Shown: positions 50,101 through 60,000 of the stretch, in pieces | How positions within the stretch are numbered: the stretch's first letter is position 1 | How the letters are laid out: each line of letters begins with the position of its first letter | Assembly: GCF_963921235.1 (NCBI RefSeq) | Contig: NC_086097.1 | Location: 67,520,001-67,580,000, forward strand | DNA length: 60,000 nucleotides | Source of the DNA: Mobula hypostoma | Taxonomy: Eukaryota | Reading direction: 5' to 3' | Notes under the pieces: model-generated | What the model was told of the DNA's origin: nothing | Seen by the model: only the letters and a program-made list of their open reading frames with translations | The model's database searches: none | Made by a program: the position numbers and the translations under genes

Positions 50101-51610
50101 TAAATTATTATTATCAAATGTTGAAATCAAACACAAATCTACCACTTCTGCTGACAGCTCGTTCCGCACTCTCATCATCCTCTGGGTGAAGTGTCGTCTC
50201 ATGTCTCCTTAAACATTTCACCTTTAACCTTTACCCATGACCTCTAGTTATAGTCTCACCTAACCTCACAGGAAAAAAGCCTGCTTGCATTTAAGCTAGC
50301 TATATTACTCATACACATGGTTTTGTGTACCTCTATCAAAACTCTTCCCTCATTCTCCTATGCCTTAATGAATCAAGTCCTGATCTATTCAACCTTTCCC
50401 TGTAGCTCAAGTTCTCAAGCCCTGGCAACATCCAGGACTCTTTCAATCTTATTGATATCGATCCTGTAAATAGGTAATGTGAACTGCACACAATATTCCG
50501 AATTTGGCCTCACTAATGTCTTATCCAGCTTCAGTGTACTATACCAACTCCTGTACTCAGTACTTTGATTTATGAAGGCCAATGTGCTAAAGGCTCTCTT
50601 TACGGCCCTATCTATTTGTGATGGCATTTTCAAAGAATTATGATTCTGTATTCTCAGGTCCTTCTGTTCTACTGGTCTCCTCAGTGCTCGATCGCTCATC
50701 ATGCAGGTCCTACCCTGATTTGTTCTCGCAAAGTGCAACATTTCACACTTGGCTGAATTAAGTTTCATCTGCCATCCCATTTTTCTAGTTGGTCCAGAAC
50801 ATTGTGCAAGCTTTGCTAGCTGTCTTCGCTGTCTACTACATTCCCAATCTTGATGTCATCAGCAAATTTGCTGATCCAATTTACCACATTATCATCCAGA
50901 TTGTTGATATAGATGACAAACAACAATGGACCCAGCACAGGTCCCTGCAGCACACCACTTGTCACAGGTCTCCAGTCAGAGAGCCAACCATGTACTACCA
51001 TTCTCTGGCTCTCCACGAAGCCAGTGTCTGATGCAATTTACTACCTTCTCGAATGCCAAGCAACTGAACCCCCTTGGCTGATCTCCTACGCAGGACCTTG
51101 TTAAAGGCTTTGCTAAAGCCTATGTAGACAACATCCACTGCCTTGTCTTCATCAGCTTTCCTGGTGGCTTCCTCAAAATACTCTATGAGATTGGTTAGGC
51201 ACAACCTACCACTCACAAAGCAATGTTGACTAACCCTACCCAGTCCCTGTCTATCCAAATTCTTTATATATCCGGTCTCTCAGAATACCTTCCAATAACT
51301 TACCCATTACTGATGTCTGGCTCACTGGCCCATAATTCTCCAGCTTGTTTTTTTTAAGAACCTTCCTGAAACAATAGAGCAACATTAGCAATCCTCCAAT
51401 CCTCCAGCAACTTATCTGTTGCTAAGGATGTTTTAAATATTTCGGCTAGGGCCACTGCAATTTCTGTAGTACAAATGCTGAGGGAACACCTTGGCAGGCC
51501 CTGTGGATTTATCCACCTTAATTTGCCTCAAGACAGCATACAGCTCCTCCTCTGTAATCTGCATATGGTCCATGAGCTCACTGCTGTTTTGTCTCTCTTT
51601 TGCAGACTTG
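47108..51610 (-). mobile_element. CR1 LINE (47108-47265 and 50114-51610) hosting the L2
   Basis: SGVLQGPVLGPLLFVIYIN..KFADD remnants; the 3' end resumes across the L2. Confidence 0.8.
47270..50112 (+). mobile_element. Decayed L2-clade LINE nested in a CR1
   Basis: APE (VTGDFNIH, PTHRFGNTLDLV), RT (FHSYADDTQLY), C-terminus (AEKLIHSFI..LDYCNALL); tail ATAAATAAATTATTATTAT. Confidence 0.88.
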
Positions 51611-51824
51611 TGTTTGTCTTCCAGGAACATGCAAACTTTGTACTAAAGGGAGGCTGGTTACATATATATTTGCATAGTTCAGTGCAGTGTAGTACCACCA
51701 ATAGTGGAATTGGTCTGCTGGATCCACAGCTGTTGAGGACATGTCTCTACCTTAGTAGTTATTAAAGCTGTCACTGAAAATAGATGTCCATGAATGTCTT
51801 TACCATTCAAAAACACCTGAATGA

Positions 51825-52630
51825 TCATCTCAGATGGAGACGAGAAGCTGTACAGGAGTGAGCTAGATCAGCTGGTTGGTGTCTGAAACGATAACCTTGC
51901 ACTCAATGTCAGAAAGACCAAGGAATTGATTATGGACTTCAGAAGGGGAAGTCAAGGGAACATGGGCCTCGTTGAGGGATCAGCAATGGGAAAGGTAAGC
52001 GCTTTTAAGTTCCTTGGTGTTAATATCTCTGAAGATCTATCCTGAGCCCAACATATCGATGCAATTACAATGATGGCGCATCAGCAGCCATACCTCATTA
52101 GGAGTTTGAGGAAATTTGATATGTTACCAAAGACTACAGATGTACTGGGGGGACCATTCTAACTGGTTGCACCACTGTCTGGTGTGGAGGAGCCACAGCA
52201 CAGGGTCAGAAAAAGCTGCAGAAGGTTGCAAATTCAGCCAGCTCCATCATGGGCACTAGCCTCCCCAGAGGACATCAACAAAAAGCGATGCCTCAAAAAG
52301 GTGGCATCTATTATTAAGGAACCTCATCACCCAGGACACTCCCTCTTCTCATTGGCTACCATTAGGAAGGACGCACAGGGGCCTGAAGGCACACACTCAA
52401 CGTTTTAGAAACAACTTCTTCCCCTCTGCCATCAGATTTCGGAAAGGACATTAAACCAATCCATGATCACAACCTATTTTTGCTTTCTTTTGGCACTGCT
52501 TATTTAATTTAATATACTGTGTATATAAATAAATATATTATAATTTAGTTTTTTATGTATTAGACTTTACTGCTGCCATAAAACAAATTTCATGACATAT
52601 ATCAGTGATATTAAACCTGATCCTGATTCT
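51825..52630 (+). mobile_element. Rex1/Babar LINE 3' fragment
   Basis: LNVRKTKELIMDFR and ASIIKEPHHPGHSLF motifs; tail CTGATCCTGATTCT. Confidence 0.75.
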
Positions 52631-52789
52631 AAAAATATCAAAAAGGTAAGTCCTATTTATCTATAGTTTGAGATGCTAAGGCTGCCAATTTTTCTTTCTA
52701 TGAGTGAGTAGGTCTTTCTTTAGTCCATTTCTTACTCATATTTTATATAATTACCATACTCATTAATATTGTCCAATTATTCTTCTTTA

Positions 52790-53080
52790 TAGGTAGTTCT
52801 CGAGTTGCAAACAACTGCTATATGGGCACTTTTATATACAAACTAGCCCCGCAGATATTATTAAATTCAAATATCTGACATATGTGCAATACAGAACAAC
52901 ACAACTAGTTTTCTCCCCTTCGCCTTTAGTAATTGTTTTTTCCTTATCTGTCTTGTGTGCTTTTGATGCCATTTATTACAATTCTGTGGAGGTATGGACA
53001 CCATAGTGAGTGACTTTGTGTACTTCTGGACTTATGGACAAAAGTAACCTAAGAGCGTCTGCAACCCAAGCACTGTCTAT
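52790..53080. mobile_element. Possible Tigger-like MITE
   Basis: Degenerate TIRs TAGGTAGTTCTCGAGTTGCA and TGCAACCCAAGCACTGTCTA flanked by TA. Confidence 0.45.
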
Positions 53081-56000
53081 ATTTCCCAGGCAACCTACCA
53101 GGACATGTAGGTATCTTGCTAGTGATTATTGAATGAGAGCATACAGAAAAAGTCAAAAGATCAAATTGTGTATGAAATTTAAAAGTATTTCAACACCCAA
53201 GCTATGCGCAAGATAAAATATGACCTTGGTTATTATCTCCAATGCTGATATATTTTTAAAACAGCTGCTGTTTCATATTTAGCTTTTTATCAGAGTGCGA
53301 TTTTCATTCTAGCCTGTTAACACATCTTATACACTGTACCACATCTATACCAATAGATCAATATTATCCAAGAGATAAAAAAACTCAATACCATGCAATT
53401 GTAAGTGGTTGGATTTTGTAATGTGTTGTGTAATGTAAACTGAACTCAATGACAGGATGTGATCTTACTCTCGGAAGCGGAGTATGATTCCTTAGAGAAA
53501 GACATATCGCTTCATCGTCTGATATAGTACAGATAGGAGAGAATTGCAAACAATAACAAGTCTTTTAACTCACTTTGGGATCCATTGAAGCATTTCTCAG
53601 AGTCATCCATATTTTGCTCTTTAGAACACTTGTTGTATGGCCACCATTATCTAAAATCTCAGGATCCATGCCAGGGTTCCTGAGGAGAATCATGAGGCAG
53701 CTTATGACTGGGAAGATCTCACACCCCACAGTCAATAAGTCATCTGAAGCAGTAACCAGCCGCATACCTGTGAGAGTCATCACAGCTCAGTAAACAAGTT
53801 GAACAGTGAGCCTCATCTGTTTGTTCAGATTTAGTTGCTTTTTAGTCATTCTTTGGGGACAGAGTGAGCTTAGGGTTCAAGGTAGGGTTTAGGGATAGGG
53901 ATATGGGGATAAATACAGGTCAGGCCGCAGTCTAAGCCTCCACTCCTCACTTGTGACATGGACATGGTGCTCAGATATTGGATGTTGTATGTTGGATGTT
54001 GGGTAAGCCATCAGCGAGTCTAGAGTTTGAGGCTTGGAGCTTGATGATTAGTGGGTCCTGGGGTTGGTGCCAAGGATTGAGGCCCGAGGAGGGCTGATTG
54101 GAAGTCCGGACATTGAGGCCAGATGGCTGGAACCCTGAGCCCATGAATCTCTGTGAGCCTGCTGGGGAAGCCGGAGCCCAATGTCAGCAAATCCAAGTCC
54201 GTGTCAGCTGTGGCTGGAGGCTGAAGACTGTCCATCTTGGGACTGCAGGACTGTGTGTGCGCACTGGGAGGGAGGAACGGGGCTTGTTTCGCTCCTCTTG
54301 TTTTGTTGCTCGTGTTCTGTGTTGTTCTGCCGAGTATTTTTGGCACTGAAATGTGTGGCAACACTTGAGGGCTGGTCCCTGCACACTCTTGGGTGTGTTG
54401 GTTGTCAACACAAATGATGCATTTCACTGTATGTTTTGATGTACACGTGATAAATAAATTTGAATCTTGCATCTTGAAATATATTAATCAGTTATATTTT
54501 GCATTACATTTCATCTGTATTATTACATCCATCCATTTCACAGGCCTATCCATACCTGTTACTACATACAGCTCTGATCACCACGTAACCTCTCCCCACT
54601 GTACCACTGCCTCAGAAACCAGGCCCAGAACTACTCAGCTACTCGGAGTGCTCAGTGTTACAAACATGTGGCCCATCACATTTCAGGCATCTCAGGCATC
54701 TAGTCTTATCACTTTAGCTATCCAATATACCAAGAAATATCATGCAAGGAAGATATTCAATGCCGTATTTTAAATGTATTCAATAATGTTAAATTATTTG
54801 TCAATTTATAAATTAGGACTTATGGTCTTAGATCAAGCCACAATTTAGTGTTACAGTGTCTCCATCAAGTGGTTCAAAAGGAAATTGGCACATAGATTAG
54901 TGTCTGCATGAACAAGTAAAAAATTGAAAAACATCAGTTGAAGTACATGAAGATATTCGACCATTTCTGCAACACCTGCAGTGCATAGTTTACAGATCTA
55001 AAGAAAATAGCATTTTCATGAATGTGAAATAAACTGGCATTAGACTGTGAAATGAACAGGCTGAATAAACTAAGTACTGAAATAAACATCGGTATTCTTG
55101 GTGTGCTAATAATTATAATTTGTTAAACAAGTCAGATCACTTTGATTTGAAAAATACTAAATTACATTGAACATTGTATACAAAATAACATAAATATTAT
55201 AATCTTTAAGACATTTTTGAAGTTCTATACAGAGAAGTCAGCAAATGGTTGTTTGAGTGATAACTTTTTTGAGTACTTATATAAATCACTTCCTTCGTCT
55301 CTCACAATGACATTGTCAGGAAAATAACAAGTGGAGTTAAATAGCAAGATTCATAAAAAAGTAAATGAATAAAAATGACCAAAAGGAATAGCAGTTAAGA
55401 AACAGTAAGAAATTGACCGCAGAAAAATGAAGACCTGAAAGAACAAGAAGACAAAGTCTACGAAGTAAAGGAAAATATAACTACACATGTACAGGTATTG
55501 TATGATGTATGGGGATGCAGTGCTATTTTGAACACTGTGACCCAGCACAGGTACTTAACAGTATTGACCATCCAGTGTGAAAGTGATCTTCTCATCCTAT
55601 TTCTCACCTTATACTACAACCAGATTACTCCTAAAGAAATGCAACAAAAACAGCAACTGTGAAACAAACAATGAGCTCCTTAAAATCTAATGTTTCCACA
55701 TTTAAAAAATTGTGCACTCTACTGGAAATAAGAGTTGTTCTGAATGAAGCTAAGTACCTGGGTTTTCATGCAGCAGAAACAAGACTAAAATACTGAAGAA
55801 GATGAAAGTTTGAATAACAAAAGAAAAGCAGAAAATGCTGGTGAGTCACCATCTCTGGAGACATAAATACCAATAGTTAGTTCTTGGAAAGAGTTGGACA
55901 AGTTTTTTTTAATCAAATGAAGAAAAGGGAATGCAACAAAGAAAGAAAGCAAGTCTGGCAGGGTTGCGGTCAAGACTTGTTAAAAGACAAAAGGGGAGAT

Positions 56001-57249
56001 GGTGCAAAGCAGTAGGATGGCAACAAGATATATTAAAGCACAGATCTGGAGTCACCAGCAGAGTTATTACCTGTGGTTACGATCTGTAATTGCTCAGCTC
56101 ATTGTTAAATTCAAATACTATAAAGTGCCAAATCAAAAGATGAAGTTTTATTCCTTCCTTTGCACTTCATTACTCAAGTGGGGGGATAAAGCTCAGTATG
56201 AGAGTGAGGCAGAAAATTAAAATGAGACTGAAAGCTTTGTGTTACACAGTTGTTCATTAAAATCATCATCTAATCTGACTTTATTCTTTGCAGTGTAGAG
56301 GAAACTGCAGTTTGTGTTTGCACCTGAAATGGACATTTAGGGTCTTAGACAATTTGAAAGGAGGGAGAGTGCAGCTGTATCTATCTATTATAGAGGTGTG
56401 AGTGCATCCTTATAGTATACAAATTAGTGTCTCATATCAACTAGTGGCTTCCATTGTGGTGATGTATTGAGGATTATAGAAATAGGGAAGATGTGAAATA
56501 TTCAGCAGACCAGCCAGCAACTGTGCAGGGAGAAGCAGAATTAAACTTTCTGCTGGATGACTTGTCATTAGGGACTTTTGTAATATAATAAGGCTTGGTA
56601 ATTCAAATCATAACCCACTCCAATGTGCAATAAGATTAACATTCAATCTCATGCAAATATGCAAAAGCTTTTAAAATATACCCACCAAATCTCTGCACTT
56701 TGCTCACAGGTTACATCAAATTATTCTCTGAGCCGCTGGGATTGTTAATGAGTTACATAGTACAATCAGGTAAACTGAATTCATTACCCATCAGATCTGT
56801 GAAATTCCAGCTACAGGCACCATACATTACAGTTAATGCAGCTGCAGCAAAGGAGCTCTACTCAGATCTATGAAGGATGGGGGTATACTTACTGTTAACA
56901 CAACCATGATCCATGAAAGTACGTGGACTTCAGAGAGCAATGGATGGAGAGTCCCACTTACTTCTCTTTTACTGGCACCGGACGACCAGCTCCCTCATCA
57001 GTGGTGCTGATGGGAGCTGCTTTGAAATGCAGAGCTTGAAATCACAGAAGTCATTGATTGTTAAGTTTAGCGGCAGATTTAAAAAGTGAAAGGGGCCAAA
57101 AAGGGTTCTCTGTGAGCATGAGGTCACTTGAGTTATTAGGCACTTGGCAAGGGCCAATAACAAGAAGTTAGGTTTTTTAGCAGAGCAGCCAATATGGGAG
57201 CAACTATTGTTGCAGAGGGCCAGTGTTAGAGTGGGAGCTTGAGGATTTG

Positions 57250-59050
57250 GGTAAAGAAGCTTTGGCAAGAAGAGGCAGAGGCTAGGTTGATGTTTTTGTC
57301 ATGTTTTTTTTCTATCTTTGTCTATTAGTGTCTATCTAGAGTACTGAGGAAGGATTCCAAGTCAGCAGTGTGCTCCTCATGTCTGTAGTCACCCTGACTG
57401 CTACATCGAAGAATTGCATCTGGGCCCAGCTCCTTACAGACTGTGTTAGGGAACTGGTGCTGGGGATGGATCATTTGAGAGAATGAGGAGGTGGTAGTTT
57501 AGAGCTACAAGGAGGTAGTTGCAACCTAAGTTGCAGGAAGCAGGTAAGCTGTATGACTGTCAGGAGAGGGAAAGGGAATAGGTTGACCATGCGGAACATG
57601 CCCTTGGCTGCCCCCCTCAATAACAAGCATATCACTTTGGATAGTGTTGGGGGATGGCCTTCCAGGAGAAAGCCGCAGCGACCAGGTCTCTATCACTGCG
57701 TCTGATTCTGTGGCTCAGAAGGGAAGGTGGGCAAAGAGGAAAGCAACAGAGTAGGGGATTCACTAGTAATGGGAACAGACAGGAAATTCTGTGGATGTGA
57801 CTGGGATCCTCAGATGCTATGTTGCCTCCCAGGTGCAAGGGTTAAGAATGTCTCAGATCAGGTCCACACCATTCTAAAGGGGGAGGTTGAGCAACCGGAA
57901 GTTGTGTTACATATTGGTACCAACAACATAGGTATGAAAAGGGATGAGGTCCTGAAGAGAGAATATAGGAAGCTGAAAAGCAGAATCTCAAAGGTAGTAA
58001 TCTCTGGTTACTGCCTGTGCTACATACTAGCGAGGGTGAGAATAGACAATTTTATTTATTTATTCAACATCACAGAACAGGCCCTTATTGTCCAATCAGC
58101 TGCACCACCCAGCAACCCACATGTTTAACCCTAGCCTAATCACAGAACAATTTGCAATGACCAGTTAACCTACTAACCAATATGTCTTTGGATAGTGTGA
58201 GGAAACCACATACTTATGGGAAGGACGCACAAACTTCTTACAGAGCACTGCCAAATTGAACTCTGAAATCCAATAGCGTCATGCGAACTGCTGTGCTAAT
58301 GAGGCACCTCATTTGGCGGATGAATGTGCAGCTGAAGAATTGATGCAGGGGCCAGAGATTCAGATTGTTTGGGATCACTCCTGGGGAATGTACGACCTGT
58401 AAAAAAGGGATGTGTTACACCTTGCAGGCTGATTTGCTAGAGCTGTTGGGGAGGTTTTAAATTAGGTTAGCAAGGGGATAAGAACCAGAGTGATAGTTCA
58501 GAGGGTGGGCCAGTTTGTGTGCAGATAGATGCAGTATGTGGAGAGACTGTGAGGAAGGATAGACAGTGGACAGGGCAAAGTTTCAGTCAGTTGCATGGGT
58601 TGAAATGTGTCTAGTTTAACTACAGGTCCCTTAAGTTTACCATTGCCTTGGACAGAGATAGGAGCAGACAGTAAGGGAAAGTACCTAATTGGGGAGGGGG
58701 GAATTATGGTGCTATTAGGCAGGAACTTGGGAGCGTAAATTGGGAATGGATGTACTCATGGAAATGCACAGTGGAAATGTGGAGGTTGTTTAATAAACAC
58801 TTGCATGGGATTCTGGATTGGTTTGTCCCATTCAGGCAGGGTAAGGATCGCAGGGTGGAGGAACTATGTAGATCTAGTCAAGAGGAAGAAAGAAACTTTC
58901 TTACGGTTCATAAAGCAAAGATCAAACAGGGCTCTAAAGAATTATGAGGTAGTCAGGAAGGAGCTAAAGAATGGACTTAGAATTGCTGGGAGGGGGCATG
59001 AGAATGACTTGGTGAATAGTATGAAGGAAATCCCCTAGGCAATCTATAAA
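57250..59050 (+). mobile_element. Decayed CR1 5' region (ORF1 esterase) and ORF2 pieces
   Basis: VGDSLVMGTDRKFCG..CCLPGARV..VVLHIGTNNIG SGNH motifs in ORF 57727-58128. Confidence 0.8.
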
Positions 59051-60000
59051 TACATGAAGATGTGAGAGCATGCTTCAGGAGGTTGAACCCATGGAAAACA
59101 TCAGGCCAGATGGTGTAACTGGCTGAAATCTGAAGACTTGTGCTAATCAGCTGGCTGGAGTGTTTACTGACATCTTCAATTTCTTGTTTCGGCAGTCTTA
59201 GGTACCCACCTGCTTCAATGACTATCGTCCAGTAGCACTTATGCACTGTACTAAAGTGCTTTGAGAGGTGGGTCTGTGGTAATTGGCTTAATAGTATAAA
59301 GCGTCTCTTTGCAGTGTAATAAATTATTGCTGAATACTCTGGCAGCCTGTAATTTCAAGCATGTAAACTTTGGAGTGCAGACAGCGTCAGGATGAAATAT
59401 ATGAGGAAGAAATGCAGCAAGTCCCCCTGTGGTAGCATAGCAGCTCAGAAATAATACACAAAATGGAAAACATTTTCTCTATTAAGACACACATATTGTG
59501 GAGGAAGTTTTCAATAATGAGATGCACAACATTGGAAGCTCAGAATGAAAAGGAATTCATAAGCTGAGAACCCTGGCTATTCCAACGTCAAGATGGGAAG
59601 CTTTTAAATAACCCAAGCATGTCATTTAAACTGATTTCCAGCATCTTCCTTGCTTTGTTGATTGACACTTCCTACTTACATTAATTTAAAAACACATCAA
59701 TGTACTGCAGTCACGACTGAAAATGCATTTATTATCCAAGAGTAATACACTTGTTATCAAAGTGCTGCCTTTTTATTTATGTTGGCCACTAAATCAGATT
59801 TCTTCTCGTACCTTGTTTTTAAATTGTCCTTGGTCCCTCATAGTGAAAACATAGAAACAAAATGCTCACAAATAATTCAGATCAGCATTCAAATCAATTA
59901 TCCTGTTGCATTTTTTTGCATATTCGTGCGCCGATAATTTTTATTTCCAGACAATGTAAAATAAAAGTAAATGAATATAAGTTGCTTTTAAATTAAACCA

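Overview
Eukaryotic, repeat-dense genomic DNA. The repeat mix (CR1, Penelope with inverted termini, Rex1/Babar, Gmr1-like Gypsy) suggests a cartilaginous fish; this is inference. The only host gene is the 3' part of a HIF prolyl hydroxylase on the + strand, best matching EGLN3/PHD3: coding exons 2-5 of 120, 137, 74 and 32 nt at 18928-32492. Exon 1 was not found and probably lies upstream of the window. Most of the rest is transposable elements. Highlights: (i) a ~550-bp SINE-like element whose first nucleotide is G1 of a complete HDV-like self-cleaving ribozyme with a hairpin inserted in loop L3, plus a second SINE family showing the same L3-insertion fold without a P4 helix; (ii) a very young 4.8-kb Gmr1-like LTR element in intron 2 with apparently identical LTRs and one uninterrupted 956-codon ORF, where Gag-protease looks intact but integrase and RT are reduced to in-frame, catalytically dead stumps; (iii) a cluster of Penelope insertions with inverted termini and minimal hammerhead motifs in intron 1; (iv) a candidate intronic hypoxia-response element; (v) a HERO-type RLE retrotransposon remnant and a Tc1 with a fold-back breakpoint. 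All calls were made by eye without database searches; boundaries of old repeats are approximate.
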